Under the pieces are notes generated by a model. That model saw only the letters and a list, made by a program, of their open reading frames with translations, was not told the DNA's origin and searched no databases. This document shows, piece by piece, positions 13,779 through 27,170 of a stretch of 64,000 nt of DNA. The DNA comes from the human T2T-CHM13v2.0 reference genome, Homo sapiens. The stretch is taken from assembly GCF_009914755.1 (NCBI RefSeq), contig NC_060942.1, one strand, 5' to 3'. Position numbers and translations under genes: made by a program. Each line of letters starts with the position of its first letter. The stretch's first letter is position 1.

Positions 13779-16700
13779 GGCGTTTTGTTTCTTAAGGAGG
13801 ACATTTCTAGTGACGACAAAGACCACCTGCAGCCCCGGCACAATATTTATCCCATCTCTTACCAATTTTGTAGTAATTATATTTATCCCAACTCACCCAC
13901 TTCCAGATCAAGTAGAAGAGTCTTTTCTAATACCTCTCCCCCACCACACACAGTGGTACAACATATATTTCAAATATGGGTTGAATCCAACTGTACTTAA
14001 GTCCTTTTGCGTATATGACATGGGTCACATACCAATCACTGAAGCCATCACTGGAGAATGAAGAAAGGGGTGGATCCTTAATGAACAACAACGTGCTATC
14101 TCCTGTAACTTCATTTTTCATAAAATTGTAGTTTTCACTATACTGTAAATACCAAAGTAGAATATAAATTACACACGCATGCATGCACACACACACATGT
14201 GTGCATACACCCACACACATATTCTCCCAAATATGTTTGTTGAAAAATAACAGGAGAATGAATGAATGTTTTACCACTATTTTACAAATAGTAAAAATAT
14301 CAGGGGAAAAATATTTACTGATGTGTAAAATAATAGGTATCTGCAATACAGGCAAATCTAATAAAATTATGTGTATATTTTTATATGAAATAATCAGAGA
14401 CTAAGTTACAATTTGACCTGAAAACATACATTTCACTTCTAAGGAACACACCATATTAGTGTCCAAAACTCACATGATAAAATCCAGCTTTAGACCAATT
14501 CATTTATTTTTTAATAGGTATAGCTATTATACTATTTAGAAAATCAGTATTAAATAAATTATCTCTTATTATTAGTTCAGTATTCACATATTCCTTGTAT
14601 CATTTGGAGCTACAATAGTTAAGACCTACACTTAACTTTGCTCTCACTGTATGCCTTATTATGTATTCTCTCTAAATAAAGTCTCCATTCCACGAAAATA
14701 GAAGACATTAAAAATAATAAGATTTGGGGTTATCTTGTTACCAAAATTCCAAAATACATGCACCAGCAAATGCTTTTAGAAATTAAAAAAGGAAAAGTTT
14801 ATGGTTCATTTTAGGCAAATTACTAGAATAATATGCAAAATCTTGATATTGGCTAAGAATGTTTCAAAATCAAAAAGGACATTAATCCTCATTATGACAA
14901 TACACTCAAGATAATGTAAGCAATAAATAAAAACATATCCATACCTATTCCAATTTATTGATAATAATGAACAAAAAACCCTTTAAAATTACCAGAGATA
15001 ATATAGAGACAACTGACAGAGAAGTGATAAATTGTCATTAAACTTATCATCATAAAATAGATGTCACAAGAAGATAGAATTCTATATACACCTGTTAAAA
15101 TTTATAATGAAAAATATATAAATTTTTAGAGAAATAAAGACTGACAGAATTTAGTATTTTTGGACCCTCATTGAGAAAGCTGCATAAACATTTTGTTCTC
15201 TTGGAAGAAACAAGTAGAATAACAGAAACAAAAATAGTCTGGTAATAGGTAAAATATATTGGTAATTTAAATATATACTTTAAAAAACATTGCTTGGTTT
15301 AAATAATAAATTTAAAAAATAGAATTTCTATAAAACCATTACAACTAAGACAGAGTAGTGCTATAATCATTGCTTAAAATATTTTCAGGTATGTTTTCAC
15401 TGAAATAATAGACATATGAAATAGATTTACACATAGGAAAACATTTTAATAGTTACATCAGAGGAGAAAGGAGATGAAAACTGATTCTCCATATTATTTT
15501 ATTTAATCTATGCATGCATACATGTGTATGAAGAAGATAATATAATCATTCCAATTAGGGTGGTGGGCACGTTTTCATTTAAACAATCTCTGTTCTCTTT
15601 CTGTATACTTGCTAAAATACAGTTTTGAGACATTTTCACGTAAAAATAAAGTATCAAAAACGGTGAATAACATATTACCAGAGTTCTATTTTTATAATAG
15701 TTCTCTTTTTATATTTCGTTTGTATATTTTTTGTTTCTATATTTCTCAAGTTTTTATATTTCTTGTTTGTTCACAAGGAGTCTGTGGTGCCTTTGCAATA
15801 TGTATATTTGCCTCAAACAATTAAAATAATTAGAACAATTAAAAAATTATGTCAGTATGGTTATGTAAACTATTATACCACGTTATAAAATTCCACACAA
15901 TTCATGACTACTTTTCTTTAATACTTCTCTTTATATTTCAACTTTGTATTTTTCTCTGATAAAAAAACAACCTAGCAAGTAGTAATTAAAGGATGGAGCA
16001 GAATCAGTGTAGTCAGGTGAGAGAGTACATTTGCAGTCCTAGCAGGATGGTCCTCAGTCTATGGGATCCTGATCACAGCAGGCTTTTCATTAGCAACGGG
16101 ATTTTCCAGAAGGCTGCGTTAGTAAGTTAGTGGCCTCTTTTCCTTGCTGTTCAATTAATCCAAATTTCACCACTGGAAGTATAAACCTGTAGAGAAATTT
16201 TATGATTAAGACTTACAAAATCATCTTCAAAACATTAGGAACCAAGATATCTGTACTTACCCTAGAATTTAATTGAATTGTTTTCAGTGAGCTAAAAGAT
16301 AGTGTTTTTAATTTTCACTTTAATATGTAATTATGCCCCAACATATATAGTTACCTGACATTAGTTACTAATATGTTAATTATTGCAACCTTCTATACAT
16401 AAAAAACATAACAGTTTTTCAATATGCATATTGTGGAAGAATAAGACATCTATACAAGGGTGTAAAAAATATTAAAACAATATCAAGGAAATAAATGCGA
16501 GACCATACATAATAATTATTTGATTTTGTATTCATTTGCTTTTCCAAAGTTTTTGTGTGTTACCCTTAAAATATATATGTATTCAGTCATTTTGAAAAGG
16601 TCATTTTCTCAGTGTTGGTTATGGACAGGTGTCTTCATTATTTCAAAATCTGTGAGTTGAGCAATAATTAAGGCAACAGCTGCACTTGAGACATGATGGG

Positions 16701-17049
16701 CAAGACATAACAGCACTTGTTTTCCGAATAATTTGTCTTAGGAGAATGCCTATTGGTAACAATGCATGAGATAAATTACACACTTTAGACCACCACACTT
16801 ATATCCAATCCTCATAAACACTTTCTTAAAAATTATCTACCTGTTTTCTTGCTGAGGTGTGTTCAATTATATTTTAAATCTAAATAGATGTTCTGGATTG
16901 GCATTTAGAACAAAAGTTCTACTCCCATCAGCATCTTATTTTATGAATTTGTAAACCAAAACGAAAATTCTAAGCCCCTCAGTCGACTGAATGGACCCCC
17001 CTCTCCATCAAGGGATTCCAAAGAAACCTGAAAAACTAGTTGAGGCCGT

Positions 17050-17687
17050 TGATACAGGAGCTGAAAAGAAATTATTTAGGCAGTCAGTGAGGGTAAGAGA
17101 GTCCTCAGTAAGGCTTCCCTTTTAACAAAAAGCAGCCCCCAAATCATTTCTTTTCTAATAAAGAGCAGCCTGTAAAATTGAGCTGCAAACATATATGAGC
17201 AAGCTGGAAGCTTGCATAGGTAAATGCAAGCAGCTGTGCCAATAGGAAAAGGCTACCTGGCGGCCAGGCATGTTCAACATGAAAGTTCCTTCGTCCCTTT
17301 TCTTTGTTGTCATGTGTGCAGTGAAAAGGCAGGCAACGTGGCGCCGGCCAGGTAGAGACCCCATCTGCATAATAAAAGATGAGAGTGGGATGGCCAACTT
17401 CTTCACGCACTATGCAAACATCACACCTGGTCTGATGAATCTCTCAGGCCCTCTGTAAATCAGAACTGCCTCCTCAAGCTCGTCTATAAAACCCTGTGCA
17501 TTTCACCACAAAACTGGAAGACCCACTTGGGGGCCCCTATGTCTCTGCAGGAGATAGAGCTTTTCTCTTTTCTCTCACCTATTAAACCTCTGCTTTTAAA
17601 CTCAGTCCTTGTGTGTCCACGTTCTTGATTTCCCTGGCATGAGAGGACAAACGTCGGGTATTTACCCCAGACAACGACGCCGCTTTA
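17050..17687 (+). mobile_element. ERV1 solo LTR, LTR9-like (copy 1), nested in the MER4 LTR
   Basis: TGATACAGGAGCTGAAAAGAAATTATTTAGGCAG...CCCCAGACAACGACGCCGCTTTA, with internal TATAAAA and ATTAAA. The host MER4 sequence resumes after it. Collinear with 23070-24028. Family name from recall. Confidence 0.8.
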
Positions 17688-18156
17688 CTATGACAGAAGA
17701 TGGAGGTCAGATGTGCCTCATTATACCCTTTCTCTTTTGGAGTTTACATACAACTGACCAGCATTAACATTCAGATAGAGATCGTAAGCATGATGAAACA
17801 GTTTTGTAACAGTAAGATACCAAATTCCAACATGACTCTAGTATGAACATCACATGACAGATAAAGACATCAAAATATTTTACCCAAAAATATGTTTCTT
17901 TGCCATATTTTGAAATGGCCCTGCAAAGCTGTTTTTTGTTGTTGTTGTTTTAAATGGAGGAAAGTTGCAACTGTAAAGAATCTCTGTTAACATAACTAGA
18001 TCTTCCCCTTTCAGCCTCTCCCAATCCTGAAGAGGTTAACTGAGAATATAGCAACTTTTAAAGGTCTGAATAGGGAATATTTGCCATCTATCATCTCTGA
18101 GGGTGGCCATCTATAAGACTTCACCTGTATAATAATAACCTTGGTCTCCAGGACCC

Positions 18157-18449
18157 TTTTTTACTTTTTGAAACAGTCTCACTCATTCACCCGGGCTGGA
18201 GTGGAGTGGCGTGATCTCCACTCTCCAAAATCTCTGCCTCCCTGGTTCAAGAGATTATCATGCCTCAGCCTCCTGAGTAGCTGAAATCACAGGCATGTGC
18301 CACCATACCCGGCTATTTTTTGTATTTTTACTAGAGACGGGGTTTCGTCACATTGGCCAAGCTGATCTCAAACTCCTGACCTCAGGTGATCCACCCACCT
18401 CGGCCTTCCTGAGTGCTGGAATTACAGGGGTGAGCCACCGTGCCAGGCC
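18157..18449 (-). mobile_element. AluSx/Sz-like element nested in the MER4 LTR
   Basis: Alu body with CCTGACCTCAGGTGATCC. TSD CCAGGACCCTT / CCAGGATCCTT. Confidence 0.93.
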
Positions 18450-18893
18450 CAGGATCCTTGATTCTATTGATTCCAGGTCTTCAGATAATAGCTTAACCCT
18501 TTCGACTAATTGCCAATTCGAAAATCTTTGAATCCACCTATGACTAGTAAGCCCTCCCAACTTCGATTGTCTCACCTTTCCAGACCGAACCAATGTATTC
18601 CTCACACTGATATCTTATGTCTCCTTAAAATGTATAAAACCAAGCTGTAACCCAACCACCCTGGACACATGTTCTCAGGACCTCTTGAGACTGTACCTCA
18701 GGCCATGGTCAGTCATATTTGCCTCTGAATAAACCTCTTTAAATATTTTGCAGAGTTTGGCTTTTTCCATTAATAAATTCTTAATAATAATTTTACCATT
18801 TGATGGATGACGGTACCAAAATGAAGTTCAAGGAAAAGGACATGCCGCCTTCAATTTTGCTCTTTCTGTTTTAGAAAGTTTGAGTATTTTAAC

Positions 18894-19271
18894 TTTCACG
18901 TGCGTCCCTGTGAAGAGACCACCAAACAGGCTTTGTGTGAGCAACAAGGCTATTTATTTCACCTGGGTGCAGGCGGGCTGAGTCCTAAAAGAGAGTCAGC
19001 GAAGGGAGATAGGGGTGGGGCCATTTTATAGGATTTGGGTAAGTAGTGGAAAATTATAGTCAAAGGGGGTTGTTCTCTGGCTGGCAGGGGTGGGGGTCAC
19101 AAGGTGCTCAGTGGGGGAGATTTTGAGCCAGGATGAGCCAGGAGAAGGAATTTCACAAGGTAACATCATCAGTTAAGGCAGGAACAGGCCATTTTCACTT
19201 CTTTTGTCATTCTTCAGTTGCTTCAGGCCATCTGGATGTATACGTGCAGGCTTGGACCCAGAGGCCTGACA
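18894..19271 (-). mobile_element. LTR7 (HERV-H) solo LTR
   Basis: Reverse complement reads TGTCAGGCCTCTG...CCTATAAAATGGCCCCACCCC...AAATAAATAGCC...GGTCTCTTCACAGGGACGCACGTGAAA. Perfect 5-bp TSD TTAAC (18889-18893 / 19272-19276). Confidence 0.95.
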
Positions 19272-19306
19272 TTAACTATGTTGTGTGCTGTATTATCTTC
19301 AATTAC

Positions 19307-19988
19307 CGAAGTGGTCTCATTGTCTGGGGTGATATTTGAGATTGTTTGTTTCCTGGTCATGGAAAATTAGAACGTGGACACATAAATAGTGACGTTCAAA
19401 GTGGAAGTTTAATAGGTGAAAGAAAGAGTATAGTTCTCTCTGTTGTAGAGAGAGGGGTCCTGAACAAATTTTCTGTTTTTGTGGTGAAATGTGGGGGTTT
19501 TATAGATGAGCTTGAGGAAGTCGTGTCTGATTTACATAGGGCATAAAAATGGATTGGACCACGTGTGTCATTTGTATAAGGTGCGAAAAATCGGTTAGGG
19601 CTAGGTGTGTCATTTGTACAGGGTGTGAAAAGTTGGCCATCCCCACCCTAATCTTTTGTTATGTAGATGGGTTTTGGGTTTGGCTGGTGCCACGTTGTTT
19701 CTTCATTGTATATGTGGTAAGAAAGAGGGAAGATGGAGCCTCCGTGTTGGATATGTCTGGCTCCTCCCAGGTAGCCCTTTTGTATTGGTGCAGTTGTCAG
19801 CATTCACCTGTGCAAGTTTCCAGGTTTCTCATCTGTGTTTGTTGTTTGATTTTTCAGTCTGTTCTTTGTTAGAACAAAAAAATAATAATAATAATTTCTC
19901 GGGCTGCTTTTTGTTAAAAGGGAAGCCTTGGCAAGGAGTCTTTTGCCCTCACTATCTGTCTAAATATTTCTTTCTAGCTCCTGTATCA
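19307..19988 (-). mobile_element. ERV1 solo LTR, LTR9-like (copy 2, more diverged)
   Basis: Reverse complement starts TGATACAGGAGCTAGAAAGAAATATTTAGACAG and ends CCCCAGACAATGAGACCACTTCG. TSD TTAC / GTAC. Confidence 0.78.
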
Positions 19989-20099
19989 GTACTTAAAAAT
20001 ACCAGAAATGAGCCTGGAAGCTTTAAAATCACAGATATTTTCTTGATATTCCTCCTTGTTGACAAGTAGAGTTTGTGATGCCTTTGCAATGTGCATATT

Positions 20100-20633
20100 T
20101 GTCAGAGGAGCGTGAACCAGAGCAACTCCATCTTGACTAGGAGCTGGGTAAGATGAGACTGAGACCACCTGGGCTGCATTCCCAACTGGTTATAGCATTC
20201 TAACTTACAGGATGACATAGGAGGTCAGCACAAAATACAAGTCATAAAGGCCTTGCTAATAAAACAGGTTGCAGTAAAGAACCTGGCCAAAACCCATGAA
20301 AACCAAGATGGTGATGAAAGTGACCTCTGTTTGTCCTCACGGCTACACTCCCATCAGCGCCATAACAGTTTACAAATGTCATGGCAATGACAGGAAGTTA
20401 CCCTATATGGTCTAAAAAGGGGAGGCATGAATAGTCCACCCCTTGTTTAGCATATCAAAAAGCAATAACCAAAAAATGGGCAACCTCTGTTTATGGAGTA
20501 GCCATTCTTCTATTCCTTTACTTTCTCAATAAACTTGCTTTCACTTACTTTATGGACTCACCCTGAATTCTTTCTTGTGTGAGATCCAAGAACCCTTTTT
20601 TGGGGTCTAGATCTGGACCCCTTTCCTGTAACA
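20100..20633 (+). mobile_element. MER41 solo LTR (MER41A-like)
   Basis: TGTCAGAGG...GAACCAGAGCAACTCCATCTTG...CCCTTTCCTGTAACA, ~534 bp. Perfect TSD TATT (20096-20099 / 20634-20637). Confidence 0.93.
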
Positions 20634-21258
20634 TATTTGCATCAAACAATTATCATCAATATTATTTTGTAAACTAATGTATTATATGTTATAAAATTCC
20701 ACACAGTTCTCTACTGCCTTTGTAGAAATACAGTTCTTCTCTTGCATGTCCTTTATTAGACAAACATTTCAATCTAGGAAATCTAGAGTGAATTGAGATC
20801 CAGGGTCCTTTTGGCAGAAAAGATACAAAATATAAATTCTCATTTGGGTCCAAAGTTTATTAATGTATAACCCTGGGAGAAAAGAGTAAATGAAGTAAAA
20901 TCGAAGAAAAATACAGTACATCTTTTGGGCATGCAACTATCAGTTGAGATCAACTGTGTGTCTTGCAGACACTATCAAGATGGATTTGGGAAGGATACTC
21001 AGGTTTATTTCTCCAAGTATAAGTCATACAAGTTGAATGTTTTATGCCGTTTTAGTAAAACAGTGTTGGATTTCTCATGAGAATGTGAATGCCGACAGAG
21101 AAGCAGCTTTTAATTAAGAATATAAATAATAACATCCCTCAGGAGGGCTGTGGAAATAAGCCTCAGTGTCAGAAGATTAACGTTTTACTATTTTTTTCCT
21201 ATTCAAAGTGTCCCTTACATCTTAATTCCTACGTTGTAAGCCAAATTACTAAGAAAGC

Positions 21259-21814
21259 TGTTACAGGAGAGGGGTCCTGGTCAGCACCCCAAGAGAGGGT
21301 TCTTGGATCTGGTGCAAGAAAAGAATTCAGGGCAAGTCCACAGAGTAAAATGAAAGCAAGTTTATTAGGGAAGTAAAGGAATAGAAGAATGGCTACTCCA
21401 TAGACAGAGCAGCCCTGAGGGCTGCTGGTTGCCCATTTTTATGGTTAATTCTTGATGATATGCTAAACAAGGGGTGGACTATTCATGCCTCCCCTTTTTA
21501 GACCATATAGGGTAACTTCCTGACATTGCCGTGGCATTTGTAAACTCTCATGGCACTGATGGGAGTGCAGCAGTGAGGACGACGAGAGGTTACTTTTGCG
21601 GCCATCTTAAGTTTTGGTGGGTTTTGTCCAACTTCTTTACTGCAACCTGTTTAATCAGCAAGGTCTTTATGACCTGTATCTTGTGCCGACCTCCTGTCCC
21701 ATCCTGTGACTTAGAATGCCTTAACCATCTGGGAATGCAGCCCAGTAGATTTCAGCCTTATTTTACCCAGATCCTATTCAAGATGGAGTTGCTCTGGTTC
21801 AAACTTCTGTGACA
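21259..21814 (-). mobile_element. MER41 solo LTR (MER41A-like), second copy
   Basis: TGTTACAGGAGAGGGGTCC...AAGATGGAGTTGCTCTGGTTC...TGACA is the reverse-complement homologue of 20100-20633. TSD AAGC / AAAC. Confidence 0.93.
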
Positions 21815-21943
21815 AAACTTCCCATGCTTTTTGGATCTGATATTTGAAAATAAAACAAATGTTTACTTCCTCGAATCATCATCTCCTTTGACTCCATTAA
21901 TGTCTGGAGAATCTTTTCACTTCTAAAAATTCCCAGTTTTAAT

Positions 21944-22450
21944 TTGTGGGGGCCAAGGAGGTTTGCTGGAAAATCACTGGCATGAGGCAGATTGATTAAA
22001 AGGAGAAGAAGCACACAAATGTATTAAACGTGTATGCATGGGAGGCTTCAGAATGGACACTCAACATCCCCTCACCTCAGTAAAGTACAAAAGCTTATGT
22101 GCCATCTATAGATTACAGAAAGAATGTAGGCTCAGAGCATGGCCCAAAACAGGTTTTACTGGCAAGAAGGTTATAAGAGGGAGAAAGGAAGAGGTTTGGC
22201 TAGCAAAAGTGGTCTTATTATGCAGATTAAACACCACAGGTAACAGCTCACAGAAGGAATAGATAGTGAATGTTTCTTTTCAGACTTGAAAAGTGTCAGT
22301 CTCACAGTTATTTTCACCTATATCTTGGAACAGATGTAAATTTCCTCCACAAAACACGGTATTCCAGGACCTCTCCAGTCTACTGGCCCTGCGGCAACCA
22401 TTTCAAAATATGTCAAATATATTTTGGGGTGAATTATTTTATTTCCTAAT
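21944..22450 (-). mobile_element. MER34/MER39-group ERV1 LTR remnant
   Basis: Ends CCATTTCAAAATATGTCAAATATATTTTGGGGTG, the reverse complement of a MER34-group 5' motif, and begins TGTGGGGGCCAAGG. Confidence 0.6.
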
Positions 22451-23069
22451 TCATAATGGAAGACACTCCCGATTTCTTCTTTTTAAATACTGAATCAGAC
22501 TGGCATTCCTAGGAAGAGGCTTTAGTGGCCACTCTTGTGGTAATGAATGTAGATTGTATCATCTTTCTTCTCCAGTCTGCATCCTAATGTGAATGGACTC
22601 AAAATGAGACCCTGGCTGAGACCAGGCGACTTCGGCAGCCACAGGGGTAGAGTGGGGCTGCAATTCTCGCATCTGATTTGCTGATTGAGACTCTGCCACC
22701 ACTCAAAAGCTTTGTGGCTCAAGTTATAATAAGATACAGGGTCGACATTAAACAGTCTGCCTATGTGTATTAGTTTGTTAGGGCTACCTTAATAAAGTAC
22801 CACAGACAAAGGCTTACACAACACAAATTCATTTTCTTACAATGCTGGGTTCCAGAAGGTCAAGGTTTTGGCAGAGTTGGTTTCTTCTGGGTCCTCTCTC
22901 CTTGGCTGGTAGATGGTTGTCTTCTTCCTGTGTCTTCACAAGATCTGTGCCTCCTAATTCCTCTTCTTGGAAGGACGCCAGTTCTGTTGGATTTGGGCCC
23001 ACTCTAAGGATCTCATCGTTTTAACTTAATTTTCTCTTTATCTCCAAATGCAGTCATATTCTGAGGTAT

Positions 23070-24028
<959 letters not shown>

Positions 24029-24189
24029 CTATGGGCCGATAGGAGTTCAGCATATAAATTTCCCAGGATATAATTCAGCCCATAACACTATGAACAAAGA
24101 ATTTCACTCTAATTAGCCTCATTGTTTGGGACGTGTTTGGAATGTCCTGGCCTCTGATTTTATTATGTCCTGTAATTCTTCATCATAGC

Positions 24190-24602
24190 TGACCAGGGCA
24201 GGAAATTCTCTTTCTAGTCTTGATGAGGCAAACCGCCATGTAGAATGGCTTATGGAAGGGCCCCATGGAAAATAACTGCAGGCGACTCCTTGGAACTGAG
24301 AGTGGTCCCTAGCCAGAGTCAGCAAATAAATGGCGCCTTTCATCCCACAGCCTCAAGAAAGGAATTCTGACAGCAATTTCAGTGAGTTTTAGAGCAGACC
24401 TTTCCCTGGTTGCGTCTCAATGTGGGAATGCAGCCTGGACGCCACGTTGATCGCAGCCTTGTGGTATCTGGAGCCCACGGTCAAGTGATGCAGCACTGGG
24501 AGGGATTCCTTTCCTACGGAAACAGTGAGCCAGTCAGTGTGTATTGTTAGAAGCTGCTAATATTTAAAATAATTTGTTACATAGAAGTAGAAAATTAATA
24601 TA
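24190..24602 (+). mobile_element. Old MLT1E/F-like MaLR LTR remnant
   Basis: MLT1 3' motifs: CACAGCCTCAAGAAAGGAATTCTG, GCAGCCTTGTG and TGTTAGAAGCTGCTAA...TTTGTTACATAG...AATTAATATA. Confidence 0.7.
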
Positions 24603-26050
24603 GGAATTTTTTTAAGTCATACAGAAAATATCTCAAACCAGAAATAATCCAAAATAATTGTATATTTACTTTTGAGATAGAGGTCTGTTTTTGTTTCCTT
24701 GAAAATGGTTAGGTCTTCCAGGAATCTTAGAATTAATAAGGTCTTACAAACTGTCCTAAAACCCTAGTTACCAACTTAAATCTTTAGTGTCCCCCTCTGC
24801 TTACTTATTTCACTAGGTTTGTGTTGATTTTATTCTTTTCAATCTTCTCCTTTCTCCAGCTCTCTCTTCTTGACTTTTGTCCCTTTCTCTACCTCTCACT
24901 CTTTTCTAATTCCTTCTCTCTCTCTTTCTCTCTAGCTCTCAAACTAGGTAAAGCCTTACATGGAAGTAGTAGAAACAAATGCTTATTTGTTGCTAAAGCA
25001 GGTTCTAAATAATGACCTGACAGCCCTATAAAATTGTGAAATATATACAGTATAATGCACAATTTATACCAGCCAAGGGAGTAACAACGCCATTCATTTA
25101 TTAGCAAATTTTCAAAGTATTTTTCATCTGTTAAACTACAGTGAAAATAATAACTCTATTGATAAGAATAATTAGAAATGTAATTTATAATTGGTGAGTT
25201 AATTGAGGAAAATATCCCTGGGGCAGATATTGAGCCAATCTTTTGCCCAAAGGTATGATATATGAATGTTCTTTTACAAGTGAAATGAATAACACAACCT
25301 TAAGAGTTTGTGTGTATATATAATATGTGTATATATATACACACACAGGCATATATGTATATGTGTATGTGTGTATATGTGCATTTCTGTATTATATACC
25401 ATTATTTGCTTTTTGTTTTTATGTTTACTTGAGTAGAGATTTGGCAACATATTTAGATTATAAAAATGTTGAGTGGGTCAAGGTCATTGCTTGGCCTGCC
25501 TCTAGTCAGAACTGAATTAACAACCTCTCAATATAAAGTGAGAATGATAGGCTGCCTGTCAGGGGTTGTGAGCAAGGTGATAAGACCGAGATGGTTAATC
25601 TGGATAAGATAAACCAGTTTTATACTCTTGGAATTAATGATTTATGGTGGAGTAGCAGCTGTAAGAGAATGCAATAATAGTTTAAAACAGAGTGAAAGGA
25701 AGAAAAAATCCAAAACACTCTTGAAGAAAGAAAATAGGTAATAATACTATAAAATATAAATATAGTAATGTTTATGAGGAGGCTAAGTCACAATATTTTG
25801 AAATAATAAAAATTGGGACACAATTACTATTTAATTGGTAATGTATATTTTCTTAAAGTATTTGGTCATCTTACTTCCATTCATATAGACAGAAAAATAT
25901 GTAGAAAGTCTACAGTCTCTGTGAAGAAATGTCACATTATCTTCTCTCTGGAACATTTTTGGGGACATGAGAAAAACATTTTTTAATAAAAAAAGATTAT
26001 TTAAAATTATTGACCAATAATATCCAACAAGAGCTCAGGAGTGAAATCCA

Positions 26051-26104
26051 TTTTGCCATTAAAAATGACAGCAAAACTGCAATTACTTCTGCACCAACCT
26101 AATA
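26051..26104. mobile_element. Partial MADE1 (Hsmar1-derived MITE)
   Basis: TTTTGCCATT...GCAAAACTGCAATTACTTCTGCACCAACCTAA followed by TA matches one mariner TIR plus part of the other. Confidence 0.85.
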
Positions 26105-26142
26105 CATGCAGAAGACTTCCATATCCATTAAAATCAAAAGAC

Positions 26143-27170
26143 TTTTTTTAAAATAATATTTTAAAATGACTTAGATTTGCAGATGAGTGGCAAAAATTAG
26201 TACAGAGAATCCTTGTATTGTCATCTCAGCTTCTGTTAATGTTATTTTGGTAACCATAGTACACATATCAAAATGAAGAAGTCAATACTGTTACCTTTTT
26301 AAATCACAGACTTTATTTGAATTTCACTAGGTTTTTCATTAGTGTTCTTTCAATCCAAGATCCAACATAGGATACAAAGTTGCATTTTTCCTTCCTGTCT
26401 CCTTAATAAAGCAAAGATACATCGTTAATTTTCTATGTGTTGGTTTTGGGCTTTCCTTGTGTTTCCTGACCTAGACACTTTTGAAGAATATTGACCTGGT
26501 ATTTTATAGAATGTCCTTAACAGGAATTGTCTGATGATTTCTCACGGATAGAATAGGGTTTTGGACTTTTTGGAAAATATGACAGATATGAGAACTTTTT
26601 ATACAACATTTTATCAGGAAGTAGAAAATATCAACTTTATTACTAATATGTTAAACATGATCACTTGGTTAAGGTGGTGTCTACTAGGTTTCTCCACTGT
26701 AAAGTTACTATTTTTCCTTTCCCATACACTGTTTAAAGCAACATGCTAGGCCACTCTCAAAGGGAAGGGAATTAAGAACTACCTTCTGGAGAGAGGAAAA
26801 TCCAGGAATTTGTGGGCCTTAGTAATTAATAATTTTTTTTTTTAGTGGGGGGAACTTAAGCTCTGCAAATATGCTCTTTTTCCTTTAAGTTTCACCTACT
26901 AGGAAAAACTGTATCTATTAAATTTCCTGTGACATATTTTACTGCAATATTTTAATGATGATTTTCTATTTCCCTTGTTTGTTTTACATTTATTATTTAG
27001 AAATCCTTTTGTAGGAAAGATTTGTCCCTTATTTCCCATGTAATTACTAATATGTCATTTATTTCTATCAGTATGGACTCATGGGTATTTATTTTGTACT
27101 TTAAGTTATAAGACTACAATAGCATTTTGTTGATTTAAATTATTTCAGCTTTAGTCATTGTGAAATTTTT
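26143..27170 (-). mobile_element. Old L1MC-type LINE-1 3' region
   Basis: T-rich sequence with L1MC-like 3' UTR motifs (TAGTACAGAGAATCC, TGATCACTTGGTTAAGGTGGTGTCT...TTTCTCCACTGTAAAGTTAC). Confidence 0.7.

Larger units (their letters stand above)
16950..18775 (+). mobile_element. MER4-group (ERV1) solo LTR, interrupted by an LTR9-like LTR and an Alu
   Basis: Start TGTAAACCAAAACGAAAATTCTAAGCCCC. End ...AATAAACCTCTTTAAATATTTTGCAGAGTTTGGCTTTTTCCATTAATA. 4-bp TSD AATT (16946-16949 / 18776-18779). Confidence 0.85.

Noticed and set aside
13600-14355. Overlapping 153-aa and 142-aa ORFs
   Set aside because: They run through an Alu monomer, a probable old MaLR fragment and a CA-rich tract, with no recognisable domain or exon structure.
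20100-21814. MER41 pair as a provirus or as terminal inverted repeats of a DNA transposon
   Set aside because: Proviral LTRs are direct repeats, each copy has its own 4-bp TSD, and the spacer continues host sequence.
26051-26104. MADE1 as a miR-548-type hairpin
   Set aside because: Most of one inverted-repeat arm is missing, so the long stem cannot form.
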